64,000 bases of DNA from Actinopolymorphaceae bacterium (GCA_036786375.1 DAIQRJ010000003.1:75932-139931); one strand, 5' to 3'; positions 1 through 10,002 are shown, counted from the first letter of the stretch. A program made the numbers and translations. Notes: a model not told the origin generated them from the sequence alone.

Positions 1-37
1 CGCCGCAGCCGTGCCGACGCCGGGCTCGGTCACCGCG

Positions 38-850
38 TCAGCCCGCCCCCATGCCGCCACCCACAAAGGTGCCCATCGCGTCTGCCGCCGCCAGGCTCGC
101 ATGCCCGCGCGCGGTCGGGTCGATGCCGGCCAGCATCATGCCCTGGCCGAGGGAGAACGTGTGGGCGTCCGTGAGCGGCGGGTCGGCCGGGTCGCGGAAC
201 TGCACCAGCCAGGTCGTACGCGCCTCATCCGACACGTTCACCCCGGAGGCGTGCACCGTCAGGTAGCTGAAGAACAGGACGTCGCCGGGCTCGGCCGGGC
301 ACGGCACCGATATCTCGATCGGCCACTCCTCGGGATCGAGGTGGAAGCTGCCCTCGGCCAGGTGCTCGAGCGGTCCGTTGAGGTAGGAGCCCGGCACGAT
401 CCGCACACAGCCCTTCTCCACCGTCGAGGCGTCGAAGTGCATGATGGCGGCCGCCATCCGGTGATACGTGTGCGGGAAGAACGGGTGGTCCTGGTGCATC
501 GGGAACGGCGACCCGGCCGACGGTGGCTTGACGAACAGTTTCGTGTGGTGAAGCTGCACGTTAGGCGTTCCGAGCACCTGGCCGGCCACGTCGGTGAAGC
601 GCGGATCGGTGAGGAGCCGGCTGAACGCGGCCGAGTAGAACTGCGCGTCGTGACAGTGCTGCAGGCTGGTCTTCTTGCCGCCGGCGAGTCCCGCGGACGA
701 CGCCCAGGTGGCGTCCTGCTTGTCGGCCAATCGAGCCAGCAGGTCGTGCGACTCGGCGCGCATCGCGGCCGCTTCGTCGGGATCGAGAAGTCCTTTGACG
801 AGGATGAAGCCGTTCTTCTGGTAGTCCTCGAGCTGGTCGTCGGTCAACAC
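38..850 (-). CDS. phytanoyl-CoA dioxygenase (PhyH) family Fe(II)/2-oxoglutarate oxygenase
   Basis: 270-aa ORF with GTG start at 850. The N-terminus MLTDDQLEDYQKNGFILVKGLL and the metal-site pattern MHQDHPFF ... LTVHASGVN resemble PhyH-family enzymes (recognised from memory). Confidence 0.8.
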   Translation of the reverse strand: MLTDDQLEDYQKNGFILVKGLLDPDEAAAMRAESHDLLARLADKQDATWASSAGLAGGKKTSLQHCHDAQFYSAAFSRLLTDPRFTDVAGQVLGTPNVQLHHTKLFVKPPSAGSPFPMHQDHPFFPHTYHRMAAAIMHFDASTVEKGCVRIVPGSYLNGPLEHLAEGSFHLDPEEWPIEISVPCPAEPGDVLFFSYLTVHASGVNVSDEARTTWLVQFRDPADPPLTDAHTFSLGQGMMLAGIDPTARGHASLAAADAMGTFVGGGMGAG

Positions 851-1308
851 GTGCCGTCGCCTCCGCAGGCTGGTGGTCCGGGGGACAGGACGTCACCCTT
901 CACCCCCACGCTAGCCAGCCTGCTCCGCGGGGGCGGGTGTGTCCGCGGACAACTAGGGGGACAGGACGGATACACCGGGACCTGACGCGCGCGCACGAGA
1001 GGCCCGCAGGCCCCACACACGCACAACAGACGCAAAGGCCGGGCCGGCCGACGGCACACTTCACCGCCACCACGATCACCGCCACCTCGCCACGGCAGAC
1101 CGCGGCTCCACCACCCCGGCACCTCGAATGCCGGATCGACAAGCGTGTCGAACCCACCACTCCACCGGTGCAGCGGTCGAGGCTGAAGCGGGTCGCACCG
1201 GGCAAGCCGTCCAGCTCGGGCACGGCCAACGAGTTCTACGCCGCCGTGAGGTCGGGCAGGGTCAAGGCGAACTTCACCGCCACCACGTAGACGTTTGGTG
1301 GGCCGGCC

Positions 1309-2310
1309 TCAGTGCTCGGCGTCGGTGATCGCCGTCGTGTGCCCGGGGAACAACGACGAGTGCGGGTCGAGGCGTGCCGCGGCGTTGTTCACCGCCGTGG
1401 CCACCTCGCCGAATCCTGTTGCCAGCAACGCGACCTTGCCCGGGTAGGTGACGAGATCGCCGGCGGCATAGACGCGGTCGATGCCGGTCGAGCCGGTCGA
1501 ATCGACGACGACGTGGCGACCCGCCAGCGTCAGCCCCCACTCCGCGAGCGGGCCGAGCTCGGCGTGGAAGCCCAACGCGGCGACGATCGCCGAGCATGTC
1601 AGTGTCCTGACATCCTTGCTCTTCGTGTCGCTGACCTCGACGGCTTCCAGATGCCCGTCGGTCCCGATCAGCTTCGTCACCTCGGCCGGCACGACGAACT
1701 GCACGCCGAGGTCGCGCACGCGATCCACCAGGCCTGCATGGGCACGGAAGCGATCCCGCCGGTGCACGATCGTCACGCTCAACGCGATCGGCGCGAGCAT
1801 CAGCGCCCAGTCGACGGCGGAGTCGCCGCCACCGACGATGACCACGTCCCGGCTGGCGAGATAGGCGGGATGCTCGACGAAGTGCAGGATCGGGTCCCCG
1901 GTCCACCCGGCGGCGGCCGGCAGCAGCTTCGGGCTGAACGAGCCGATCCCGCCGGTGAGCAGCACCGCCTTCGCACGCACCTCGAGACCGGCCCGGGTGC
2001 TGACGACGACGCCGTCGTCGTGGGTGGCCATCGCCACCGCCTCCTGCTCGAGCAGGTACGTCGGTGAGAACGGCTCGGCCTGAGCCACCAGATCGGCAAC
2101 GAGATCGCGCCCCTTCACACGAGGGAAGCCGGCCACGTCGAGGATGTCCTTCTCCGGGTACATGGCACTGATCTGGCCGCCGGCCGTCGGCAGCGCGTCC
2201 AGCATCGTGACCGACAACCCGCGCAGTCCGGCGTAGAAAGCACCGAACAGCCCGACCGGTCCGGCGCCGATGATGAGGAGGTCGGTCTCGGACGACGCGT
2301 TGGTGGGCAC
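1309..2310 (-). CDS. thioredoxin-reductase-like ferredoxin-NADP+ reductase
   Basis: 333-aa ORF with GTG start. It has two dinucleotide-binding motifs (LLIIGAGPVGLFGAFYAG and VVIVGGGDSAVDWA). It lacks the CxxC redox pair of true TrxB, which is typical of YumC-type FNR. Confidence 0.85.
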   Translation of the reverse strand: MPTNASSETDLLIIGAGPVGLFGAFYAGLRGLSVTMLDALPTAGGQISAMYPEKDILDVAGFPRVKGRDLVADLVAQAEPFSPTYLLEQEAVAMATHDDGVVVSTRAGLEVRAKAVLLTGGIGSFSPKLLPAAAGWTGDPILHFVEHPAYLASRDVVIVGGGDSAVDWALMLAPIALSVTIVHRRDRFRAHAGLVDRVRDLGVQFVVPAEVTKLIGTDGHLEAVEVSDTKSKDVRTLTCSAIVAALGFHAELGPLAEWGLTLAGRHVVVDSTGSTGIDRVYAAGDLVTYPGKVALLATGFGEVATAVNNAAARLDPHSSLFPGHTTAITDAEH

Positions 2311-2402
2311 ACCCCCAGCCTACGAACCCCGGGGACCCGCCCGCCGCCGGGACGGCTCCGTCCCTGACATCCGTCACCATTCGAGTAAGCGACGATGACC
2401 TC

Positions 2403-3908
2403 ATGTCGAGCACCCTGCCCACGAACTCCGCGGCCGACGCCACCGAGCCGGCCCTGCGGCCGCCCGTCAACCTGGTCTCGCCTCGTGCGGTCCGCTTCTG
2501 GTTCGCTCGCGCGGCGACGGCCTGGGTGATCGTGCTGGCCGCGCAGGTCGTGAGCTGGCGGCTGGACTGGTCGCTGCCGCCCTGGCACGTGCCGTTGCTC
2601 GTCAGCGGCTGACGGTCCCGCGCGACCGCGTACGCACCGTCGATGTGAGCGCACATCCGCTCCAGCGGGTCCTCGGTCTGGTCAAGGTCGAGATCGGGAC
2701 CGGGACGTCGGACCGGAAGGCGGCCGCGCTCGCGCTCGACGGCCTGCCGAGCGCGAGGGCCGCGGGCCTGCGCGGAGTTGCTGCACCGGCCGAGCGACGG
2801 CCCGAGGGACGGCGCCGCCGACGACACACCGCCCGACGATGCGATGACGGCAACGCGGCAGGTCGCGGGGCGGACGGTCGAGGACGAGCTGGTCCGGTTC
2901 CAGCCGGCCTGGATCCGTTACGCGCCGGCGACCTTGGCCGGAGCCGTGACGGCCTTGTTCCTCGTCGGCCTCGGCTGGCGTGTCACCGGTGAGGCGCACC
3001 TGCATCCGGATCGCATCAGCGCGGTGCGCTCGCTTCTCGACCACATGGGGCGCACGGCGCTCTGGATCGACGTCGTGCAGATCGGCCTGGCGGTCGCTGT
3101 GCTGGTTGCCGTGCTGTCCGTGGCGGGATACCTGATCGCGTTCTGGGGCTTCCGGCTCACCCGGCACTCCGGCGGGTCGCTGCACGTCGCCAGGGGGGCG
3201 GTCCGAGCCCCTGCTGCTGCGCCTCACAGGCGGAGCACGCTGCCTCGCGATCGCGACCGGCCTCCGGGTCGGTCGCGGGTCCGAGCGCGGCGGCACTCTG
3301 CTGGTACCGCCGGCCCCGCTGGCAGCGGCGATCGAGGTCGAGTCCGCGGTACTCGGGACACCGAGACCGGGCGCGGCCGTGTTCGTGCGCCGAGGTGCGG
3401 CCGCGCACCGACGGCGCTATGTCCGGGCGCTCGTGCCCACCGTCGTCGTCGTGGCGGCTCTCGCGGTGTGGACGCTGGCCGGACCGCTAGCGGGCTGGGT
3501 CGCCGTGGCGGCGCTGGCACTGCTCCCGGCCGCCGCCGCGGTCGCGGCCGACCGGTTCCGCAGCCTCGGGCACGCGGTGGTGCGGAGCCGGACGGCCGCC
3601 GCTGGCTGGTCACCCGATACGGATCGCTCGTCCGCCGGCGTTGCGTCCTCGATACGGACGGTGTGATCGGCGTGACGATGCGGCAGTCGCTGTTCCAGCG
3701 CCGGCTCGGCCTGACCAGCCTGACGGTGACCACGGCAGCCGGCCGGCAGCAGTACCCGGTCACCGATCTGGCCGATGACACTGCAAGCGCGCTCGCGCAA
3801 CAGCTGGTGACCAACTGGTCAGAAAAGCGCCTTCGGGATCCGGCGCGGTGCTGCGTCTGTGCACAATCGTCGGCCGCGCCGAGCCCCGGACAGCGAGGAA
3901 CCCGCTGA
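2403..3908 (+). pseudogene. disrupted membrane PH-domain (bPH_2, YdbS/YdbT-like) locus
   Basis: Recognisable TM-pair and PH-domain segments lie in alternating frames. Frame 0 covers 2403-2612 and ends at a stop. Frame 2 covers about 2613-2768 (VPRDRVRTVDVSAHPLQRVLGLVKVEIGTG; see track ORF 2645..2992). Frame 0 covers about 2770-3195 (FWGFRLTRHSGGSLHVARG). Frame 1 covers about 3199-3585 (SEPLLLRLTGGARCLAIATGLRVGRG; continues into track ORF 3379..3666). Frame 0 covers about 3590-3908 (WLVTRYGSLVRRR...GLTSLTVTTAAGRQQYPV). Residues expected between HVARG and SEPLLL also appear to be missing. Confidence 0.6.
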
Positions 3909-3963
3909 CCCGGGATTGCTCCCGGACCGGCGGGTCCTGTGCTTGCGGGGTACTACCTGCTGA

Positions 3964-6471
3964 CTACGCCTCGGCGGGCTCGACCGGCGGCAGCGGCGGC
4001 AGATCGGGCAGTTCGCCCTTCGACGTTCCCACGAAGGTGAACTCGGCGTCGGGACCCTCACCGGTGGCGTCGACCAGCACGATCTGGCCGGCACGCAACT
4101 CACCGAAGAGGATCTTCTCGGCCATGGTGTCCTCGATCTCGCGCTGGACGGTGCGCCGCAACGGGCGCGCACCGAGCACGGGGTCGAAGCCGCGACGCGA
4201 GAGCAGGAACTTGGCGGCGGGTGTGAGCTCGAGCGCCATGTCCTTGTCGAGCAGCCGGATCTCGACGTCGCGGATCATCAGGTCGACCATCTGCAGGATC
4301 TCGTCCTGGGTGGGCGGCGGGAACACGATGATCTCGTCGACGCGGTTGAGGAACTCGGGCCGGAAGTGCTGCTTGAGCTCGTCCGACACCTTCGCCTTCA
4401 TCCGCTCGTAGGAGCTGGTGAGGTCGTTGGTGTTCGCGAACCCGACGCCACCGCCCTTGGCGATGTCACGGCTACCGAGGTTGGTGGTCATGATCACGAC
4501 GGTGTTCTTGAAGTCGATGACCCGGCCCTGGGAGTCGGTCAGCCGGCCTTCCTCGAGGATCTGCAGGAGCGAGTTGAAGATGTCCGGGTGGGCCTTCTCC
4601 ACCTCGTCGAACAGAACGACGGAGAACGGCTTGCGGCGCACCTTCTCGGTGAGCTGGCCACCCTCTTCGTAGCCCACGTACCCGGGCGGCGAACCGAACA
4701 GCCGCGAGACCGTGTGCTTCTCGGAGTACTCCGACATGTCGAGCTGGATCAGCGAGTCGGCCTCGCCGAACAGGAACTCGGCGAGCGCCTTCGACAGGTA
4801 CGTCTTACCGGTACCGGTCGGGCCGGCGAAGATGAACGAACCGCCGGGACGCTTCGGGTCCTTCAGACCCGCACGCGTACGCCGGATGGCCCGGGCAAGA
4901 GCCTTGATGGCCTCGTCCTGGCCGATGACGCGCTTGTGCAGCTCGTCCTCCATGTGCAGCAGCCGGCCGCTCTCTTCCTCGGTCAGCTTGAGCACCGGGA
5001 TGCCCGTGGAGATCGACAGCACTTCGGCGATCAGCTCTTCGTCCACCTCGGCGACGACGTCGAGGTCACCGGACTTCCACTGCTGCTCGCGCTCGCCCTT
5101 CGCGACGGTGAGCTTCTTCTCCTCGTCGCGACGCTTGGCGGCCCGCTCGTAGTCCTGCGCGTCGATGGCCGCTTCCTTGTCGCGGCGCACCTCGTCGATC
5201 TTGCGATCGAAATCGCGCAGGTCGGGCGGGGCGGTCATCCGGCGGATGCGCAGCCGCGACCCGGCCTCGTCGATGAGGTCGATGGCCTTGTCGGGCAGGA
5301 ACCGGTCGGAGATGTACCGGGCGGCCATCGTCGCCGCGGCCACGAGGGCTTCGTCGGTGATGGTCACACGGTGGTGCGCCTCGTAGAGGTCGCGGACGCC
5401 CTTGAGCATCTCGATCGTATTGGCGATCGACGGCTCGTTGACCTGGATGGGCTGGAACCGGCGCTCGAGCGCGGCGTCCTTCTCGAGGTACTTGCGGTAC
5501 TCGTCGAGAGTGGTCGCGCCGATGGTCTGCAGCTCGCCCCGGGCCAGCTTCGGCTTGAGGATCGACGCGGCGTCGATGGCGCCTTCGGCGGCACCGGCCC
5601 CGACCAGGGTGTGGATCTCGTCGATGAACAAGACGATGTCGCCGCGGGTCTGGATCTCCTTGAGGACCTTCTTCAGGCGCTCTTCGAAGTCACCGCGGTA
5701 ACGGCTGCCGGCGACGAGCGACCCGAGGTCGAGGGTGTAGAGCTGCTTGTCCTTCAGCGTCTCGGGCACGTCGCCGCGCACGATCTGCTGGGCCAGTCCC
5801 TCGACGATCGTCGTCTTGCCGACACCGGGCTCACCGATGAGGACAGGGTTGTTCTTCGTGCGGCGGGACAGGACCTGCATGACCCGCTCGATCTCCTTCT
5901 CGCGACCGATGACCGGGTCGAGCTTGCCCTCGCGGGCGGCCTGGGTCAGGTTGCGGCCGAACTGGTCGAGCACGAGCGAGCCCTGCGGCGAACCCTCGGT
6001 GGGGCCGCCGGCCATCGCGGCCTGCTCCTTGCCCTGGTAACCCGACAGCAGCTGCATGACCTGCTGGCGGACGCGACCGAGGTCGGCGCCCTGCTTCAGC
6101 AGCACCTGCACGGCGACACCCTCGCCCTCACGGATGAGGCCGAGGAGGATGTGCTCGGTGCTGATGTAGCTGTGGCCGAGCTGCAGCGCTTCGCGAAGCG
6201 AGAGCTCAAGGACCTTCTTGGCGCGCGGGGTGAACGGGATGTGCCCGGTGGGGGCCTGCTGGCCCTGACCGATCACTTCCTCGACCTGGGCGCGGACAGC
6301 CTCCAGCGTGATGCCGAGCTGCTCCAGCGCCTTGGCGGCAAGACCTTCGCCCTCGTGGATCAGGCCGAGGAGGATGTGCTCGGTGCCGATGTAGTTGTGG
6401 CTGAGCATGCGGGCCTCTTCAGAGGCCAGCACGACGACGCGGCGTGCTCGGTCGGTGAACCTCTCGAACAT
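3964..6471 (-). CDS. clpC: ATP-dependent Clp protease ATP-binding subunit ClpC1
   Basis: 835 aa from ATG 6471 ([16 protein letters not shown]). It has duplicated Clp_N repeats and two AAA+ modules with Walker A motifs GEPGVGKT and GPTGTGKT. The longer ORF reaching 6618 is rejected because homology begins at MFERF. Confidence 0.97.
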   Translation of the reverse strand: MFERFTDRARRVVVLASEEARMLSHNYIGTEHILLGLIHEGEGLAAKALEQLGITLEAVRAQVEEVIGQGQQAPTGHIPFTPRAKKVLELSLREALQLGHSYISTEHILLGLIREGEGVAVQVLLKQGADLGRVRQQVMQLLSGYQGKEQAAMAGGPTEGSPQGSLVLDQFGRNLTQAAREGKLDPVIGREKEIERVMQVLSRRTKNNPVLIGEPGVGKTTIVEGLAQQIVRGDVPETLKDKQLYTLDLGSLVAGSRYRGDFEERLKKVLKEIQTRGDIVLFIDEIHTLVGAGAAEGAIDAASILKPKLARGELQTIGATTLDEYRKYLEKDAALERRFQPIQVNEPSIANTIEMLKGVRDLYEAHHRVTITDEALVAAATMAARYISDRFLPDKAIDLIDEAGSRLRIRRMTAPPDLRDFDRKIDEVRRDKEAAIDAQDYERAAKRRDEEKKLTVAKGEREQQWKSGDLDVVAEVDEELIAEVLSISTGIPVLKLTEEESGRLLHMEDELHKRVIGQDEAIKALARAIRRTRAGLKDPKRPGGSFIFAGPTGTGKTYLSKALAEFLFGEADSLIQLDMSEYSEKHTVSRLFGSPPGYVGYEEGGQLTEKVRRKPFSVVLFDEVEKAHPDIFNSLLQILEEGRLTDSQGRVIDFKNTVVIMTTNLGSRDIAKGGGVGFANTNDLTSSYERMKAKVSDELKQHFRPEFLNRVDEIIVFPPPTQDEILQMVDLMIRDVEIRLLDKDMALELTPAAKFLLSRRGFDPVLGARPLRRTVQREIEDTMAEKILFGELRAGQIVLVDATGEGPDAEFTFVGTSKGELPDLPPLPPVEPAEA

Positions 6472-6749
6472 CAGTACTCCTTGGGACAGACGATGCGATG
6501 GCCTCAGCTGTGCGGTGTGGCCCTGGTAAATGCTAACCGGCCTCGTGTTAGGAGAAACGGTCGAGCAGAGCTGCGCCATCGCCCCGGAGGGCCTGGTGGG
6601 CACCGCTGCCATCGACAACCTGCCTGGTCAGCGGGGTGTTCCCGGCTCTGTCGCGATCGGGCCGATGTTCGCTCGCGGCTGAAACGGAACTGACCGGAAC
6701 ACGCCACCGGCCGGTGTTCGCGGCCCCGACGCCGGCCCGGGAACGACAG

Positions 6750-6787
6750 CGGCACCCGGTACCCGGACGAACCGGGGACGGGTGCCG
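6750..6787 (-). terminator. nested stem-loop between lsr2 and clpC (possible lsr2 terminator or clpC leader structure)
   Basis: A 9-bp outer stem pairs cggcacccg (6750-6758) with cgggtgccg (6779-6787). It encloses an inner cccgg/ccggg stem. The structure lies 42-79 nt downstream of the lsr2 stop and has no clear U-tract. Confidence 0.4.
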
Positions 6788-6828
6788 TGACGTGGCGGGC
6801 TGTCAGTGCACGCACAGCCGCCCTGGAC

Positions 6829-7170
6829 CTACTTGCGGTTGGCCTTCTTGTACGCGTCGAGGATCTCGGCGGAGATGCGGCCGCGGTCCGAGACTTCGTA
6901 CCCCTTCGACTTGGCCCACGTCCGGACGGACGCGGTGTCGGTCGAGGTTGCGGTGCTCGGCGCGCGGCCCGCGGTGCGGGCAGTTCCCCGACGTCCGCCG
7001 GTGCGTCGAGCCGAGGCGACGTAGAGCGCGATCGAATCGCGCAACTTCTTCGCGTTCTTCTCGGAGAGGTCGATCTCATAGGTCGTCCCATCGAGACCGA
7101 ACACGACCGTCTCGCCGGCCTCTGAACCATCGAGGTCGTCGACCAACACGACATTGACCTGCTGAGCCAC
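6829..7170 (-). CDS. lsr2: Lsr2 family nucleoid-associated protein
   Basis: 113 aa. The N-terminal dimerisation region is MAQQVNVVLVDDLDGSEAGETVVFGLDGTTYEIDLSEKNAKKLR. The C-terminal AT-hook-like DNA-binding region is VRTWAKSKGYEVSDRGRISAEILDAYKKA. The gene sits next to clpC, as in mycobacteria and streptomycetes. Confidence 0.93.
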   Translation of the reverse strand: MAQQVNVVLVDDLDGSEAGETVVFGLDGTTYEIDLSEKNAKKLRDSIALYVASARRTGGRRGTARTAGRAPSTATSTDTASVRTWAKSKGYEVSDRGRISAEILDAYKKANRK

Positions 7171-7607
7171 TTTGCTTCCTTCCGGTTGTCACGTCATGAG
7201 GTGATGTGCTTGCCGACCGGTGGCCCGATGACGGGCCGTCGGCGGGTAATGCCCTGCACGTGACCGGCCCACCCCGTGCCCGGCCGGCTTTCGAAGCGCT
7301 GCTAGCGTGACGATGGCGACGTGGTACGGCGAGTTTGTCGCAATCCCTGGGATCTGGTTGTGGCCAGGCGGCGAGGATAGCTACTCACAGTGAGAATCGA
7401 GCACGAGCAGAAGTGCCTATCTGAGTGAACTGGTGGCGACGTGTGACCTTGAGCATCACATGCCAACGAGCATGACCTGTGAACGTCCGGGGGACTTGAC
7501 ATCGCAGCCGTGCAGAACACTACCTCAGCAGGGCACGGCGGGGAAATGACTAGCATTAGCGCGTTTACCGACCCGGATCATCCCCTAATCCACCTTGGAG
7601 AGCTTCT

Positions 7608-8369
7608 ATGTCACCGTCAGCCGATTTCGACGGACTTCGTGCGATCGTCACGGGAGGCGCGTCGGGTATCGGTTACGCATCGGCCGCCGAGTTGACGCGG
7701 CGAGGCGCGAAAGTCGCGATCCTCGATCGTGACACCGCCGGTGCCGCCGATGACGTCGTCGCGATCGTCGCCGATGTCACCGACGACGCATCGGTTCGCG
7801 CCGGTGTCGAATCCGCCGCCACTGCGCTGGGCGGAATCGACATCCTGGTCAACAACGCGGGAATCGGCGCCGCCGGGGCGGTCGCGGACAATTCCGATGA
7901 CGAATGGCATCGGGTCCTCGACGTGAACGTTCTCGGCCTGGTCCGGGTCACCCGCGCCGCACTGCCGTGGCTGCTCGAAAGCGACCATGCCGCAATTGTG
8001 AACACCTGCTCGGTCGCCGCGACCGCGGGTCTTGCGCAGCGCGCGGTGTATTCGGCATCGAAGGGTGCTGTTCTCGCTCTCACCATGGCGATGGCCGCGG
8101 ATCACGTCGCCGACGGGATCCGCGTCAATTGCGTAAACCCCGGAACCGCTGCGACCCCCTGGGTGAACCGGCTGCTCTCGGCCGCATCCGATCCCGATGC
8201 CGAAGCCGCCGCACTCGCCGCCCGTCAGCCGATGGGCCGGTTGGTCTCGGCCGAGGAGGTCGCATTCGCGATCGCCTATCTCGCCAGCCCGCTCGCAGGT
8301 TCGACGACCGCGACTGCACTTCCGGTCGACGGCGGCATGCAGAACCTTCGCGTTCGCCCGCGTAGCTGA
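7608..8369 (+). CDS. short-chain dehydrogenase/reductase (SDR) family oxidoreductase
   Basis: 253 aa with cofactor motif TGGASGIGYA and catalytic motif YSASKGAV. A GGAGAG RBS lies 6 nt upstream of ATG 7608. Confidence 0.85.
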   Translation: MSPSADFDGLRAIVTGGASGIGYASAAELTRRGAKVAILDRDTAGAADDVVAIVADVTDDASVRAGVESAATALGGIDILVNNAGIGAAGAVADNSDDEWHRVLDVNVLGLVRVTRAALPWLLESDHAAIVNTCSVAATAGLAQRAVYSASKGAVLALTMAMAADHVADGIRVNCVNPGTAATPWVNRLLSAASDPDAEAAALAARQPMGRLVSAEEVAFAIAYLASPLAGSTTATALPVDGGMQNLRVRPRS

Positions 8370-8414
8370 GAAGCTGAGAAAGCGGCTGAACGGGCAAGAC
8401 CGACGAAGGCGCTG

Positions 8415-9971
8415 CTATCGCGAGCCCGGACGGATCGCGGGGAACAGGATTGTCTCGCGCAGCGAACGCGCGCCCGTGAGCAGCATCACCAGCCGGTCGA
8501 TTCCCATTCCCATACCGCCGGCCGGCGGCATCCCGTATTCGAGGGCGGTCAGGAACTCCTCGTCCAACGGCATCGCCTCGGCGTCACCCGCCGCGGCAAG
8601 GCGCGCCTGTTCCTCGAAGTTGCGCCGTTGTACGACCGGGTCGGCAAGTTCTGAATACGCCGGGGCGATCTCGACACCGCCGATGATGAGGTCGAACGCC
8701 TCGGCGAGCCTGGGCTCGGACGGATTCGGCCGGGCGAGCGGACGCACCTCCACCGGATAATCGTGGATGAACGTCGGCTGCATCAGAGTGTGCTCGACGA
8801 GTTTCTCGAAGAGCTCGAGAACGATCTCGCCGGCGGTCGCCGAGGCCGGGACGTCCACGTCCGCCTCGGCCGCCAACCGAGCAAGCGCATCGACCCCGGT
8901 GTCGACGGTGACGTCCGCGCCGACTGCGTCCGCGACGGCTTGATGGATAGGCAGCCAACGCCACGGCGCGCCGAGGTCGATCTCGCCGCCGTGACCATCC
9001 GGAACGGTGCGGCCATTCGTCGCGTCGGCCGCGTCGAGAACCATCGCCTGGATCAGATCGGCCATCGTCGCCAGATTTCCGAACGCCTCGTAGGCCTCGA
9101 CCTCGGTGAACTCGGCCGAATGCGTCGAATCGATACCTTCGTTACGGAATACCCGGCCGAGTTCGTAGACCTTGTGCACACCGCCCACCAGCAGACGCTT
9201 GAGCGCGAGTTCGAGGTTCGTCCGCATATACGTGGTGGCGTCGAGTGCATTGAAGTGAGTGACGAACGGCTTCGCCGCGCCGCCGTGGATGGTCTGGAGA
9301 ACCGGCGTCTCGACTTCGATGTAGCCGTGCGCGTCGAGTGTGCGGCGTACCGACGCCGTGATCGCCGCCCGCTGGCGAAGCATCGTGCGCGCCTCGGGCC
9401 GCACGATCAGGTCGAGGTGCCGCGAGCGCACCCGTAACTCCTCCGAGAGCGGCTTGTGTTCGATCGGGAGGGGCCGCAGCGCTTTGCTGAGCATCGTCCA
9501 CGTCGTGGCCGACACCGACAGCTCACCGCGGCGCGAAGAGATGACCTCCCCGGTCACGGCGACGATGTCGCCGAGGTCGACGTAGTCCTTGAACTCCGCC
9601 AGCGTGTCGGCGCCGACCTCCGCCAGCGACAGCATCGCCTGGAGTTCGGCACCGTCGCCGTCACGCAGCCGGGCGAAGCAGAGCTTGCCGGTCGTCCGGA
9701 TGAAGATGACGCGGCCGAAGACGGTGACGACGACGCCGGAGCGCTCGTCGACCTCGAGCCCGCCGAACTCCGCACGCACCTGCGCGAGCGCGTGCGTACG
9801 CGGCACGGTGACGTCGTAGGCCGTCCGGCCGGCCTCGAGCAGTGCGGCCCGCTTCGCCCGCCGGACCTGCATCTGCTCGGGCAGATCGTCGATCGACACG
9901 TCGGCAGTCGAACCGCCGTCGGTCGGTGCGTCGCCGGTCTGGTCATCGCCCGGTGCGGGCAGCTCGGTCAT
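8415..9971 (-). CDS. lysS: lysine--tRNA ligase (class II)
   Basis: 518 aa. An OB-fold anticodon-binding N-domain is followed by class II motifs (FRNEGIDSTHSAEFT and PAGGMGMGIDRLVMLLTG). Confidence 0.93.
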   Translation of the reverse strand: MTELPAPGDDQTGDAPTDGGSTADVSIDDLPEQMQVRRAKRAALLEAGRTAYDVTVPRTHALAQVRAEFGGLEVDERSGVVVTVFGRVIFIRTTGKLCFARLRDGDGAELQAMLSLAEVGADTLAEFKDYVDLGDIVAVTGEVISSRRGELSVSATTWTMLSKALRPLPIEHKPLSEELRVRSRHLDLIVRPEARTMLRQRAAITASVRRTLDAHGYIEVETPVLQTIHGGAAKPFVTHFNALDATTYMRTNLELALKRLLVGGVHKVYELGRVFRNEGIDSTHSAEFTEVEAYEAFGNLATMADLIQAMVLDAADATNGRTVPDGHGGEIDLGAPWRWLPIHQAVADAVGADVTVDTGVDALARLAAEADVDVPASATAGEIVLELFEKLVEHTLMQPTFIHDYPVEVRPLARPNPSEPRLAEAFDLIIGGVEIAPAYSELADPVVQRRNFEEQARLAAAGDAEAMPLDEEFLTALEYGMPPAGGMGMGIDRLVMLLTGARSLRETILFPAIRPGSR

Positions 9972-10002
9972 GGGACCAGAGGTTATCGGCGGGTGCCGCC
10001 GC

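Noticed and set aside
1125-1165. GGTGGGTTCGAC on the minus strand, resembling a tRNA T-arm.
   Set aside because: The flanking sequence cannot form a T-stem, acceptor stem or anticodon arm. No tRNA cloverleaf could be drawn anywhere in the window.
937-1290. 117-aa plus-strand ORF in the PhyH/FNR spacer.
   Set aside because: It is Thr/Arg/Pro-rich and low-complexity, with no RBS and no recognisable domain. The region is more likely non-coding.
1274-2827. 517-aa minus-strand ORF spanning the FNR gene and the start of the PH-domain locus. A comparable one lies at 14165..15733 (522 aa).
   Set aside because: These are out-of-frame read-throughs across several real genes. They are extremely Arg/Pro/Gly-rich and carry no motifs.
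3964-6618. 884-aa extended ClpC ORF beginning at 6618.
   Set aside because: The 49-aa extension has no homology to the ClpC N-terminus. The canonical start [10 protein letters not shown] begins at 6471.
4366-6693. 775-aa ORF on the plus strand, antisense to clpC. Similar very long antisense ORFs occur at 20705..23038 (ftsH), 45290..47890 (GH116), 52223..54319 (clpB), 56836..58758 (dnaK), 59525..61777 (M4 protease) and 61699..63648 (Fe-S protein).
   Set aside because: Their composition is Arg/Gly/Asp/Val/Leu-rich and low-complexity, with no recognisable motif. Such stop-free antisense frames are a known by-product of ~70% GC coding sequence. The opposite strand encodes unmistakable conserved proteins in every case.
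7442-7460. CRP/FNR-like inverted repeat TGTGA...TCACA upstream of lsr2.
   Set aside because: The spacer is 9 nt rather than the 6 nt of the TGTGA-N6-TCACA consensus, so it is unlikely to be a canonical CRP site. It is kept only as a detail of the lsr2 spacer finding.
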